From contig NC_057719.1 in the NCBI RefSeq assembly GCF_004010195.1, positions 82,631,060 to 82,695,059 of the forward strand: a stretch of 64,000 bases of DNA, read 5' to 3'. Position 1 is the first letter of the stretch. Every line of letters begins with the position of its first letter. The position numbers were made by a program, and so were the translations under genes. The notes beneath the pieces are model-generated. The model was not told the origin of the DNA. It did no database searches and saw only the letters and a program-made list of their open reading frames with translations. The stretch comes from Chiloscyllium plagiosum (lineage: Eukaryota). Positions 48,440-61,897 of this stretch are shown here, piece after piece.

Positions 48440-50690
48440 ATGTATGTACCATTGGTAATGTTCGTAACAAAACAGGTGAATTGTCAGCTCAAATAGAAAT
48501 ACATATTACCTGAAAGCTGTTGCAGTGGTGTTGCTGGAAGGTGCTCAATTCTGGGATGTAAATATTCAAGAGGATTTGACATTTCAAACGGATGGACAGC
48601 TAGAAACAGAGAGAGATGGCCTCAGTTCTAAAGATCTCGATGTAGAATTAGTTTAGGCAGTGATCATGAAATGCAACTGCAAATGTAAGAAGTCAGTTGT
48701 GGGAGTATCCTCATTGTGATAATGCTGTAGGAGAAATTACACAGGAAGAGGTTATAGGAAAGATGCTGCAATAATCATGGGTGATTTTAATCTCATGATA
48801 ACTAAGATAACCAGATTGGCACAGGCAGCCTGGAAGGTGAGCTCGTTGAATGTTTAAGGGACAGTTTCTTAAAGCAACATATTCTAGAGCCAACCAGAGA
48901 GCGGGTTACCCTTGACCTGGTTGTGTGTAATGAGGCAAGTTTAAGTAACTGCGTCATAGTAAAGGAGTCTCTGGACAGCAATTAATGCCCACGATTTTTA
49001 AATTTTGAAAAGGCAACCTTTGGAGGCATGAAGACAGAGTTACCTTTTTTTGGTGAATTGGGAAAATAGGTTATGGGGTAGGTCAATAAAGATGCAGAGG
49101 TAGATATTTAAGGAAATTTAATTTCACAACACTGAGCAAAGAAACATTTCAGTGAGCCAGAAATACTCTTGGGACCTGTAAATGTGGTGCAGTTGGATTT
49201 CCAAAAGACGATTGGCAAGCTGCCAGTTCAAAACGTATTACACAGACTAAGAGCTCATGGTGTAGGGGGTGACATAAAATCATAGACAGTTAGCAGCGAT
49301 AGGGATAAATGAGTCACTTTTAGATAGCCAATCCATAGCTAGTGATAAAACAGAGTACAGTGCTGGTTCCTCAAGTGTTTGCAATTTATATCAGCTACTT
49401 GGATGAAGGGACAGTAACTAAATTTGGTGATGACACAAAAATAGATAGGAAGATAAACTGTGAAGATTGCATAAGGTTAAACACAGGTTGGCTAGACGAG
49501 TGGGCAAGAATTTGGCAGATGGAGTGTAATGTAAGGAAAGTGTGAACTTGTCCACTTTGGAAGGAAAGATAGCAGACACAGCGCATTGTTTAAATGGAGA
49601 GAGATTTCAAAACCCGAATCAACGGCGAGATCTAGATGTCCCAGTACATGAAATGAAGGAAGTTAGGCACAGCAAGGAATTAGGAAGGCAAATGAAATGA
49701 TGGTGTTTAGCTCAAGGGAAATGCAAAATAAATGTAAAGACATTTCACTGCAGCTGTGTAGGGATTTAGTGAGCCCACATCTGGTGTACCATGTACAGTT
49801 TTGATCGCCTTAGCACATAGAACTGTACAGCATGGGGACAGCCATTCAGCCCACGATGTTCTGCTGAACATGACGCTAAATTAAACACATCCCTTCTGCC
49901 TGCCTCTGGTTCATGTCTCTCCTAGCTTGCTTATTCATGCACTTATCTAAAAGCCCTTATCTGCCTTTGACAGCATATTCCAAGTATGTACCACCCTCTG
50001 TGTAAAAACACTTGCCCCTCACATCTCCTTTGACCTTCTCCCCACTTATGCATTCCCTCTTATTTAAAAGAAAAGGATATAATTGCATTGGAAGTGGTTC
50101 AGAGAAGGTTCACGTGACTCACTCAAGGGATAGAGGGCTTGACTTGTCAAGAAAAGTTAGACCAGGCTTATGTATATTGGAGTTTAGGAAAATGAGAGAT
50201 GATAATACTGAAACATCTAAGACCCTGAGGTAACTTGATACCATGATTCCTGGGAGGAAGGTGACTTGTATAGGGAAGACTAGAAGTAGCAGGCACATTT
50301 TAGGAAGAAGAGTTTCCTTTTTACAGCAGAGGTGAAGATAAATGGATTTCTAAGTGGTTAAAGACTTAATAGCAATCTAGGTTTGTTCAATACATCATAT
50401 CAGTTGTCTGACACTTTGATATTTTACTATAAATTCTGTGTCATCTGATCCTGCCCCGCGAGCTACCCGACAAAGGAGCAGCGCTCTGAAAGCTTGTACT
50501 TCCAAATAAACCTGTTGGACTGTAACCTGGTGTTGTGTGATTTTTAACTTCCCTCACAGGGTCTGTGGAATTCTTTTCCCCAGAGCGTGGTGGAGACTGG
50601 CTCACAGGATTTATCCAAGGGTGAATTAGGAAGACTTTTGACGAGACAAAGCAAGTCAGAGTTACGGGCGCAGACAGGAGGATGAAGGGT
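48440..50690 (+). mobile_element. Old, internally deleted CR1 ORF2 with nested fragments
   Basis: ATCATGGGTGATTTTAAT (IMGDFN endonuclease motif); VTKFGDDTKI, WARIWQMECNV; nested Penelope terminus at about 50395-50550. Confidence 0.75.
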
Positions 50691-50954
50691 GTTTTTTTAC
50701 CTATTCACGGGCATCACTGGTTAGGTCAGCATTTACTATCTGTAAGAGAACCAGATCAGTCATGACCAGAGAAGGCTCAAAGGGGCAACTCTTAGACTGA
50801 AACCCTATGTTCCGACATTGTTCTGTTTTATACTCTGATTATTCTGTCAGATCCATTTAACCTCTCTACGGTTGGGTTAATACTAGACAACTAAGGCTTC
50901 TAAATTTACATTCAACACAAACAGCCGCAGTTAAAGAGCTGACATCAAGCTGAG

Positions 50955-51925
50955 AGAGTTTATAAAATCGTGAGGGGTGCAGATCAGGCAAATGGCAGGT
51001 GTCTTTTCCCTAGAGTGGGGGATTTCAAGGCCAGGGGGCATATCTCTAAGGTGAGAGCAGAAAGATTTAAAAAAGACACAAGGGGCAATTTGTTTTTGCA
51101 CAGAGAGTGATTCGTGTGTGGAATGAACTTCCAGAGGGAGTGATGGGTGCGGGTGCAGTTGCAATGTTTAAAAGACATTTTGGTAAATACATGAAAGGGG
51201 AAGCTTTGGGGGGACATGGGCCATGGGCACGCAGGTGGGACTAGTTTAGTTTGGGATAATGTTCGGCGTGGACTGGTTGGACCCCAGGGTCTGTTTCCGT
51301 GCTGTATATTCGATGATTCTATAAAGTAATAGGTTTGCTCTAACAGAATTACACTCAGTAGAAGGAAAGAGTGAATGGACGAAATTCAATGTTTTAGGAG
51401 TTAGAATGGGGAGCAGCAGTCATAGCCATTGAGTCAGAGATTTGTACAGCACAGAAATAGGCCGTACGGTCCAACTTGTCTATGCCGACAAGATATCTAA
51501 ATTAATCTAGTCCCATTAGCCAGATGCCTTTTAAATGCTGTAATTGTACCAGCCTCCACCACTTCCTCTGGCAGCTCATTCCATTCACACACCATCCTCT
51601 CTGTCAAATTGCCCCTTAGGTCCCTTTTAAATTTTTCCCCTCTCACCTTAAACCTATGCCCTCTCGTTTTGGATTCCCCACCTCAGGGACAAAAAACCTT
51701 GTCTATTTACCCCTCATGATTTTATAAATCTCTATAAGGTCGCCCCTCAGCCTCTGACGCTCCAGGGAAAACAACCCCAGCCTATTCAGCCTCTCCCTGT
51801 AGCTCCAACCCTCCAAACCCTGGCAACATCCTTGTACATCTTCTTTGAACTCTTTCAAGTTTCATAACATCCTTCCTATAGCAGGGTGACCAGAATTGCA
51901 TGCAGTATTCCAAAAGTGGTGTAAC
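50955..51925. mobile_element. Two CR1 3' ends, tail to tail (+ 50955-51320; - 51435-51925)
   Basis: Same 3' sequence in opposite orientations. Confidence 0.87.
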
Positions 51926-53002
51926 CAGTTGATCGATAAGTCTTTGAAACAGTTAGCATACGTATAACGGGCTGAACGATCTCCATTGCTGTGAGCTTCT
52001 ATGGGTAAATTACCTTGTGGTTTTTCAGTGTTTGTAAACTGGTTGCTGCAATTCCAACATTATAACAGTAACCACACTTTAAAAGGCTGTAAAGAACATG
52101 CTGAGCCCATGAAAGATGCTATAAAAATGCGGCTCTGTCTGCGCACGTATAACATGGATAGGATGTTATAGATAGTGGGAGCCAGCGGGGAGGGTGTTGG
52201 TCTGTACAGTATCAGAGAGTGTGGAGTAGTTGTGCTGCTGTCAAATTGACCAGGAGTGTGTTTGTTTAGCATTGACAGCACTGTTTATCATGTTGCTTTT
52301 GGTTAATGTGTCAGTCCTGAGTGAGCCTGAGAGCACTGCAAAACATAGACATTAAATTAAGGTGACAGTCCTTGAGATTTCATGGGTTATTGGCACTGGG
52401 AACATAATCTATGCTCTGAGTAAGATGAGTACTTGTTTGATTAAGTCTTGGTGTGTATATAATTATATGTGTTGACTGGCTGTTGCTTATAAGAGATCCT
52501 GTCAGGCAAGCCTCTGTAATTACTGTCGTTCCCTGCATTTCTTTGACGAGACTGGGGTCTAAGTGGTAGGGCTAAATGACAGCATTGGCAGTTCTTTATC
52601 TAGTCACTTGATCTTAACTACATTGGATTAACCCTTTCACTTCCTGCTGTTGGCTGCACTCAGAGATTGCACTCTCCTTAACTAAGGAGAGTGGCCTCAA
52701 TCACATTGGTAACCTACTGTCCCTGGGGTGACAAAAGACTCGCGCTGACTCATTTTGGGATCAGAATTGTCTCTTTTGGATCTTATTCCTGAGTTCTGCC
52801 TAACACAGTACAGTTGTTCGGAGATGGGTGACAAATTTGAGCCTTTTTTTTGCTGGCGCATTAAACTAGTTGACAGTTTTCACACGTGAGCCAACCCCAT
52901 TAAGAACATCCCCATTACATCTTGCGGCTTTATTCTCCGGGGTTGTTGGCCGGAATTAACCCTGCTCTCAGTAAATTGTCACATCTGGAAAATGCCCGCT
53001 CT

Positions 53003-53282
53003 CAAACTTTTTCCCCGGGTGCAACAGAGTGTTACAAGGGGACATAAATTTAAGGTGAAGGGTGGAAGGTATAGGGGAGATGTCAGGGGTGGGTTCTTTA
53101 CCCAGAGAGTGGTGGGGGCATGGAATGCGCTGTCTGTGGGAGTGGTAGAGTCAGAATCTTTGGTGACCTTTAAGCGCCAATTGGATAGGTACATGGATGG
53201 GTGCTTAAGCTAGGATAAATGTTCGGCACAACATCGTGGGCCAAAGGGCCTGTTCTGTGCTGTATTGTTCTATGTTCTATGT
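53003..53282 (+). mobile_element. CR1 LINE 3' end with (TTCTATG)n tail
   Basis: TRGHKFKVKGGRYRGDVRGGFFTQRVVGAWNAL. Confidence 0.88.
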
Positions 53283-53464
53283 TAAAGAAAATATTTAGGA
53301 ACAGAAGGAGGCCATTCAGCCCCACTTTGAGCCTGGTCTGCCATTCAGTTAGATCATATCTGAACTATGTGTATCCTCCTTTGTCTGTTCATGTCCTTAC
53401 CTCACTAAATCTGTCCACTTTAGCAATTGTAGTCATATCCATAGCTTTTCGAAGGGAGAGAGAT

Positions 53465-54113
53465 GGGAAGGCGATGGCCTAGTGGTATTATCACTTGATT
53501 ATTAATCCAGTGACCCAGATAATGTTCTGGGGACCCTGGTTCGAGTCTTGCTATGGCAGACGGTGGGGAATTTGAATTCAATAAATATCTGGAACTAAGA
53601 ATCTAGTGACTATTGCCAATTGTCGGGAAAAACCCACATGGTTCACTAATGCCCTTTAGGGAAGGAAATAAATCTGCCATCCTTACCTGGTCGGCCTACA
53701 TGTGATTCCAGACACACAGCAATGTGGTTGACTCTCAACTGCTTGCTGGGCAATAAATGCTTCCTACTCAGCGACACCCTCATGTCGTGAATGAATAAAG
53801 AGGAGGAAAGAAATATTGTTCTGGGCACCTGAGTTCAAATCCTGCAATGGCAGATGGCAGAATTTGTATTCAATGGAAAAGTCTGGAATTAAGTGTTTAA
53901 TAATGTCCATGAAAGTCATTGTTGGGGAAAAGCCCATCTGTCTCACTCATGTCCTACTGGCAAGAAATCTGCAATCCTTACCTGGTCTGGCCTACATGTA
54001 AATCCAGACTCACAGCAATGTGATTGACTCTGAACTGCCCTCTGGGTAATTAGGGATGGGCAATAAATGCTGGCCGAGCTAGAGATGCCCTCATCCTGTG
54101 AATGAATGAAAAA
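53465..54113 (+). mobile_element. Tandem pair of second-family tRNA SINEs
   Basis: A box TGGCCTAGTGG, B box GGTTCGAGTC; unit repeated at 53815-54113; tail GGGCAATAAATGC...GTGAATGAAT shared with the second CR1-like family. Confidence 0.85.
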
Positions 54114-54639
54114 ATGCTTGGATTTCTACTGAGTTTTGTGTGAAAAAGTAATGTTTGATTTTGCCCCTGCGTGGCATAGCTGTAATTTTAAGAATGTGTC
54201 CCATTGTTTTAGATTCCCCCAGCTAAAGAAAAGAGCATATCAGCTTCCACTTTTTGTTTTACTTTGCAACATTTTATATACCTGAATGAACTCACCCTGT
54301 TCATATATTTCAAACAGTGCCTGCCACTGATCACCATGTTGCACTGGCTCTTGGTGCCAAGCACTGCCAGCTGGTGGTCACAGCGGTTTGCTGTCTCTGA
54401 TCCTCCTTTTCTGGATGTTTTTTTAGCAACCTGTTCAGAGATGTCATCGCCCACCTCTGGAGCAGTGAGGACTTGAGCACAAGTCTTCCAGCTCAAGGGT
54501 GGGGACCCTACCACCATGCCCCAAGAGCCCGATCTTTTGAGGGAACGCCAGCCAAGTTCGTGCAGCCTGGCCTCACAATTTAGCCCTCTAAATTCCTGAA
54601 GTACTCAATGGGTGATAATTTGCTGCCCGTTTAACATAC

Positions 54640-54868
54640 GAGGTTGTTTTGCTATAGCGTGCGTGCTGTCAGCGCGAGTTGGCTATAACGTGGTTGACAA
54701 ATTGTTGGACGTTGTTTGTATATTGCGAACTTTCTACTGAATGGTACAGTGATTTTCTAGTAGTGATCCCCTACAGCGCAATTTTCTACAGTGGTTTTCC
54801 ATAGCATGATTTTCTATAGTGCGAGATGGCAGAGGATCACAACTGGCGCGTTACAGCAGAACAACCTG
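54640..54868. mobile_element. MITE-like DNA transposon with about 21-bp TIRs
   Basis: AGGTTGTTTTGCTATAGCGTG versus CGCGTTACAGCAGAACAACCTG; internal TTTTCTA repeats. Confidence 0.7.
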
Positions 54869-54889
54869 CACACCAAGTAATTAATTTCC

Positions 54890-55420
54890 AACAATTCTGG
54901 TCTCCTTCCTATCGGAAAGCTGTTGTGAAACTTGGAAGGGTTCAGAAAGGATTTACAAGGATGTTGCCAGAGTTGGAGGATTTGACCTGTTGGGAGAAGT
55001 TGAATAGGCTAGGGCTGTTTTCCCTGCAGCGTCAGAGGCTGAGGGACGACCTTATAGAGGTTTATAAAATCATGAGGGGCATGGATAGGGTAAAGAGACA
55101 AGGTCTTTTCCCTGGGGTCGGGGAGTCCAGAACTAGAGGGCATAGGTTTAGGGTGAGAGGGGAAAGATATAAAAGGATCTAAGAGGCAACATTTTCACTC
55201 AGAGGGTGGTATGTGTATGGAATGAGCTGCCAGAGGATGTGGTGGAGGCTGGTACAATTGCAACATTTAAGAGACATTTGGATGGGTATATGAATAGGAA
55301 GGGTTTGGAGGGATATGGGCCGGGTGCTGGCAGGTGGGACTAGATTGGGTTGGGATATCTGGTCGGCATGGACGGGTTGGACCGAAGGGTCTGTTTCCAT
55401 GCTGTACATCTCTATGACTT
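54890..55420 (+). mobile_element. Young CR1 LINE 3' end
   Basis: QFWSPSYRK...RVQKGFTRMLP...DLIEVYKIMRGMDR; 3' UTR nearly identical to 7605-7786. Confidence 0.92.
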
Positions 55421-55694
55421 TAATTGCCTTAAACACTGGCAGAGAGTCTTGCTATCCAAGCCTAAAATCATTCCACCTTTTCACCAGCAAATACTTGCAA
55501 ATAATCTGTAACGAAACCTGAAATTGCTGGAAAAGCTCAGCAGGTCTGGGCACATCTGTGGAGAAACAGTTCTGAGGAAGGGTCACTCAATCCGAGAGGC
55601 TAACTCTGATTTCTCTTCACAGACATTGCTAGAGCTTTATCCACAATTTCTGTTTTTAGTTTCTGGTTTACAGCATCCGCAGTTCTTTCGGTTG

Positions 55695-55985
55695 GAATTG
55701 AATGGAATCGAATTTAACTGAATTTATTGCCACGTGTCGTGAGGCACAGAGAAAAGCTTTGTCTTGTGAGCAATACAGGCAGATCACAGAGTTAAGTAGC
55801 ATAGATAGTAAATAATAGGGAAATAGTGGCAAAAGCAAAAACACGGGGACAGGCGAATGTTAAGAGTTTGTGAGTTGATTCATTTTGCTAACAGCAGCAG
55901 GGTAGAAACTGTTTTGAAACCGGCTGGTGTGTGTGTTCAGGCTTCTGTACCTCTCCCCATGGTAGAGGTTGTAGAAAAACAGGGT
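55695..55985 (-). mobile_element. Rex1/Babar-like LINE 3' end
   Basis: Minus strand GRGTEA/YRSLNTHTSRFQNSFYPAAV-like C-terminus, then tail ACACGTGGCAATAAA plus (ATTCA)n-like repeats. Confidence 0.7.
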
Positions 55986-56254
55986 GGGATCTGTGTTGGG
56001 TTTTGCCTGAGATATTCTCACTGAGCTTTTCATCTGTGCTCTTTGTAACGACTGGGTGAAACAGGAGGTGAATCACTGAACCGGTTTGTGGTTTCTGAGG
56101 GACTCTTTCCCTCTGATCAAACCACTTGCTCACAGTACTGAGGGAACACAGAACCCTAACTGTCAAGTTGCTAACCAGAGGGCATCATTGTAAGGTCACT
56201 GTCAAAGGAGGAAACGGAAAAGCTTTGAAAAATGTTTCTTTATGCAGAGATCAA

Positions 56255-56610
56255 ACAAGGCAATTCACAATGAGCAGGACAATACTGAGATACGTAGAGG
56301 ACGTGAGGGACGTGGGAGTGCACATCCACAGATCCCTTAAGGTAAGACAACACACTGATAAGGTGGTTAAGAAGGCATATTGAAATCCTTTTCTTTATTA
56401 GCCGAGGTTTACAATATAAGAGCTGGGAGGCTATGCAGGAACTGAATAAGTCAATAGTTAGGTCACAGCTTGAGCACTGTGTGCAGTTCTGGTCACCTCA
56501 TTACAGGAAGGATGTAATTGTACCAGAGAGGGTGCAGAGGGGCTTCACAAGGATGGTGCCGGGGCTGGAGAAGTGCAGCGGTGAGGAACGATTGGATGGA
56601 TGGGTGTGTG
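56255..56610 (+). mobile_element. CR1 RT fragment
   Basis: VRSQLEHCVQFWSPHYRKDV..ERVQRGFTRMVPGLE. Confidence 0.85.
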
Positions 56611-58914
56611 TCGATTTAAACTGATCGGTAGAAAGATTAGATGGGTGTGGGGAAAAAAAGGATGCCCCCCCAGGGGGGGGGGGGGGGGGGGCAGGGTCCT
56701 GAAAGGGGATTAGAGACGGAAACCATCAGTTCATGGGAAAGGTGTCGGGATCTGAAGGCAATGTCCCATAACCTCCTGGGATAACAGGATGGTGGGATGT
56801 CACTGGGTGGCCCGTTCTGTGGTAGGTGCAGTCATGGTGGGCAGAGTGGCCACTTTCCGTGCTGCATATTTTTCGAATGTTCTGAATATCTGAAGCGGAG
56901 GAAGGTGCAGGGATGTGGGGGAGGGGCAGTACATGAATCGCTCCTCAGGGGGGTGACACAGACGCTTTGGGGATGTATTTTCTTTTGGGGGGGTGGGGGT
57001 TGGTTGCAGGTGGGAGTTTTAAGGGAAAGAAAGATAGATTTTTGAACAGTAAAGGAATGAAGGGTTATGGTGAGCAGACGGGTAAGTGGAGTGAGCCCAT
57101 GAAAAGGATCGGCCATGATCTTATTGAATGGTGGGGCTGGCTCGAGGGGTGAGGTGACCTTTTCCTGCTCCTAGTTCTTATGAGTTGTGGGTTGAGAGAG
57201 AGAGAGAGGCTTTGAGGAGTTGGAGGCAAGGATGGGAGCTAGCTGGATCCCCAGTTGCTCCGTGACCGAGGCAGATTGAGGCCCCCAACCTCCCCCAGCC
57301 CAGCGAGGAGGCTGCCATGTTTTGAGGAAAGCAGCCACCTTTCCTGCCCTCTGGGAAAGTGGGTCATCAGGCGGGTGGCAGGTTGATGCCCTGAAGTGGC
57401 AACTAATTAAGGGCCTCATGCAGTGGCTGATCAGGGGGAGGTGCACCATGGGCCTCCCTGCTGAGGTGCCTGGAAGGGTCGGGTATCTCCTCAGTGCCGG
57501 ATTATTTGCCCTTCCCACCACTTCCAGGGATGGACAGACCCCACCGAGAAGGGGCAGGTGGCCATCCTCTGGGCTGTGGTGATCGCACAGTTCAACGATT
57601 CGGAGGATTGATGGGAAGGCCCGTACTGAGACAGCAGGGGACACGGAGTCTGCGAGAAATGAAATCCTTCGGAAAGTTAAAATCCTCTAGGATCAGAGGA
57701 ATGGGACGCCAGAAAACTGTCAGGAATCCAATGGGTTAAGAGATCTGTTGTTGTGTTGTTGAAGCTGGCACTTTAGAAAGGTAGAAATGGTGTGAATTGA
57801 GAATTTATAGCCTCCTAATAATTTGCTTTTGGTACCTGATAGAAGTCAGACAAGATAATTTCATTTGCATCGCAGCATTAGAATTAGCATATAAAATTTC
57901 ACTGGCCTTCTAAAAATCTGTATTTAAACTGTTGGCCAACAAAGAGATTCTAAAGCAATAATTTTCTCCCTTCCCCAAGTGTCCACTAACAAGTCACTTT
58001 CAACCCCGCAAACAGCTTAATAGGAGATGGCACGGTAACTCAGGATATATATTTATCTGTGTCTCTCACGGTCGTGTACTCTGTGAGTTACGTCTGTGTT
58101 AGTTCCTGTCCTGTTGTGTTGTTAAAACTCCCAAGTATTGGACAACATCGTAGCTATTTTAAGCAACCTTTTTAGACATGGCTCCTAGTCCAGAGGTAGG
58201 GACACTACCAGTGCAGTGCAGAGCCTTTAAAGAGTGGATTAAATCACTGTGACATTGAGTTACTCACAGAATCCCTACAGTGCAGGAGCAGACTATTTGG
58301 CCCATTCAGTCCAGTCTGGCCTCGCATTCCCATAGATGATTCATATAACCTACACATCCCTGGAGACTATGAGCAAGTTAGCATGGCCAATCCACCTAAC
58401 CTGCACGTCTTTGGACTGTGGGAGGAAACCCACACAGACACAGGGAGAATGTGCAAACTCCACAATAGACAATCACCCAAGGGTGGAGTCGAACCTGTGA
58501 GGCAGCAGTGCTACCCACTGAGCAACTGTGCTGCCCAGCTCCATGTTTTGGCAGTGGCTCACTGGAGAGAGATTAAAAGGACCAAGGCTTACTGTGGAGA
58601 TGGAGGTTATGCCTACAGTGTAAAAATGGAACTGCACTGAAATCAAACAGATTGACTCTAACTGTATGCAAATGAGGCGTTTTGAGCAAATTAAAATTGG
58701 TCCATGCAGTTATGGTCATTGTGCTTGGGGTGGATTGGGATAGATCACACTGTATCACTGTGTCAACTAGAATACAAATTGTAGAAATGTTATCACAATA
58801 GCTCACAATTATCTTGCACCTTTCAGCACAGTGAAACGCCCAAAGCTGTTCACAGGACATGTCTTCATTTTATCTGATCACAAGTTAAAGAAGGGGATGT
58901 TAGGATAGGTAATC

Positions 58915-59503
58915 ATCGAATCCTTACAGTGTCGAAGCAGACAATTCAGCCCATCAAGTCCATACCCACCCTCCAAAGAACATCCCACCCAGACCCTGTA
59001 CTCCCCCATTCCCCACTCTATCCCTGTAACCCTGCTAACCCACCTAGCCTGGAACACTATGGGGCAATTTAGCATGGCCAATTCACCTGACCTGCGCATC
59101 TTTGGACTGTGGGAGGAAACCGGAGCACCCGGAGGAAACCCACGCAGACACGGGGAGAATGTGCAAACTCCACACAGACACCTGAAGCTGGAATCAAGCC
59201 CGGGTGCAGCCTCACAGCACCAGGGACCCGGGTTCGATTCCTGCCTCGGGTGACTGTCTGTATGGAGTTTGCACATTCTCCCCGTGTCTGCGTGGGTTTC
59301 CTCCGGGTGCTCCGGTTTCCTCCCACAGAGCAAAGATGTGCAGGTTAAGTGAATTGGCCATGCTAAATTGCCCACAGTGTTAGGTGCATTAGTCAGGGGT
59401 AAATATAGGGTGGGGGAATGGGTCAGGGTGGGTTACTCTTCAGAGGGTCGGTGAGGATTTGTTGGGCTGAAGGGCCTGTTTCCACACTGTAGGGAATCTA
59501 ATC
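58915..59503. mobile_element. Head-to-head fusion of two HE1/V-SINE-like SINEs
   Basis: Minus copy 58915-59205 abuts plus copy 59206-59503; a further minus copy lies at 58270-58535. Confidence 0.9.
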
Positions 59504-60309
59504 ACCAAAGATTGGAGGGATGTAGAGTTCTAAGGGGGAGAGGGTGTGGAGGAGTTAATGGAGATTGGTTGTGAGGGGAGTAACAAAGGTTGGTAACGAG
59601 GCCTTGGGTTGGTTTTAGATCATGAGTGAGAATTTGAAATCGGAGGGATCTTTGGATACTTAGCCCAGTGGGCATTAAGGACACTTGGCTTTGAATGATT
59701 CCCAAGATTATGCTGTTGGCTTTGGTAGCATACCTGTCCGGGATTGAGCGCTGGTGTGGTGAGGTGTCGTGCCCTCCCTTTGGTCATAAGCCCCAGTGAT
59801 TTGCAGCACTTTCTGTCAGGGTGTGGCTGCTGTTTTCAGAGCCCGGTGCTAATCCACTGCCTTGTAAAAGTAACCTGCAGAGAACCGAATCTCCACCTTC
59901 TGCTGTTTCACAGCAAAGGCCATCTGCTGTGTGTGTGTGTGTGTGTGTGAAAAGGAGAACTTTCTGTCAGTACGAGCTAAGTACAGCTGGGCTAAGTGTT
60001 AAAATGTGATAGTGCTGGGGTAGGGTGGCAGGGGGGAGAGGGGGGAATGTTGGGCACACCTTAACACATCATTTTGTCCATTCTGTCTGGAAAGAGCAGA
60101 GCTGAAATCAAACAGCCTGGAACTGAAGAGGAGTAATGCATGCGGCATGGATAATAGTCTCCTCCGACCGCTGGGGAACTGTTCCAGCACAGGAAATGTT
60201 TTTGATGGTGTACGGGACACATGGGCACAGGAAGGGTTGTGGAAGTCTGGAACAACTTCCCTTCGGAGGAGTAATTCACATAGTCGAAACTGAGCTTGAT
60301 AATATTTAG

Positions 60310-61007
60310 ATTGGATCCCCTACAGTATGGAAACAGACCCCTTCGGCCCACCAAGTCCACATAGACCCTCTGAACAGTAACCCACCCAGACCCATACCCA
60401 TACCCCTGACTAATGCACCTAATACTACGGGCAATTTAGTATGACCAATTCACCTGACCTGCACGTCTTTGGATTGTGGTAGGAAACTGGAACACCCGGA
60501 GGAAACCCACACAGACATGGGGAGAATGTGCAAACTCCACACAGACAGTCACCCAAGGCTGGAATTGAACCCAGATCCCTGGAGCTATGAGGCAGCAGTG
60601 CTAACCACTAAACCACGGTGCCACCCATTATTGGAGTCTGAACTAATACTAATAAATTACTGCATAAAAGAATAGTTCCTCTTCTGATGGAACACAAGCT
60701 GACAAACGTAACATATGTAGAATATATCACAGTGTTGGTATCTCAGGAATTAAACTTTTAGGATCAGACAACGGCAGGGGGTGCAGGGACAGAGAGGGAG
60801 AGAATGCACTCGAAGGCTAAAGGCAAAGATTTGACCATGATTGCTAATTCACCCAACCTGTACATCTTTGGATTATGGGAGGAAACCCACACAGACACTG
60901 GGAGAATGTGAAAACTCCACACAGACAGTCACCTGAGGTAGGAATCGAACCCGGGTCCCTGGTGCTGTGAGGCAGCAGTGCTAACCACTGAGCCACTGTA
61001 CCACCCC
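60310..61007 (-). mobile_element. Two HE1/V-SINE-like SINEs (60310-60626 and 60835-61007)
   Basis: Reverse-complemented heads and V-domains. Confidence 0.87.
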
Positions 61008-61897
61008 ATGGGGTAGGAAACCTCAGTTACGAGGATATACATTGGCCAGGTTGGAACTATCTTTCTTAGAGAGGAGAAGGCAAGGAAGAGATATCATTAA
61101 AGTTTAACAGAATCATGAGGGGCCTGGGTAAGCTAACTGTTCCCATTTGTTAAAGGATTGAGAACCCTGGGGGGCACATGTTATTTTAAGTGGTTTGCAA
61201 AAGAGATGAGATAAGGGGAAAAGCTTTCTCACACAGCAAGTGGTTTTGGCCTGCAGTGCACTGCCTGAAAGTGTGGTGGGCCCAGGTTCAATTGAGGAGG
61301 CGTTCAAGGAGGCATTGGATGGCTTTTAAATAGAAATGAGATTCAGGATTATGGTAGGGGAAAAAGGCACAGTTAAAAGTGTTCAAAGAGCCAGTGTGGA
61401 CATAATGAGTTAGATGGCCGACCAGGACAATTCTGTGATTCTGTATTAAGGGATGTGTAAGTTGCAAGTGTAGATGGAGTTCAGATAGATTTCACTGGAT
61501 CGATCAGAATGGTGGAACAGACTTGAAGGAGAGAATGGCCTCCTCCTGTTCTTGTGTGCAGAGATAGATCCCACACATGATGTTATTTTATTAAGGTAAC
61601 GCAACACAATTGCCCTGAGCTATTTTTCAAATCCTCCTGCATCCACACCTATCCCCGGGAGCCCTTTCACTCACAGGCTGGTTGAAGAATGTGACAGAGA
61701 CCATGTGTTATATCCATTTGGCTGTCAGTACATTATACACAAGGGTTAATTAAAAAAAAACATTTAGGCAACTGATTGAGCCTAAATCGTCTTTGATTTT
61801 GGGATGTGTGTGGAGAAAGGGGTGAGATTCAGTAAAATGGGAGCGTGACCACCTCGATGCCTGTGTTGTTTGCCACAGTTTGTGGTTTAATTGGGGA

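Noticed and set aside
57180..57560. Possible Harbinger-like non-autonomous DNA element
   Set aside because: Only a vague motif resemblance; I could not define TIRs or a TSD.
57740..57780. Next WD40 exon (SVVVLL-like)
   Set aside because: Poor acceptor, in-frame stop and no further similarity.
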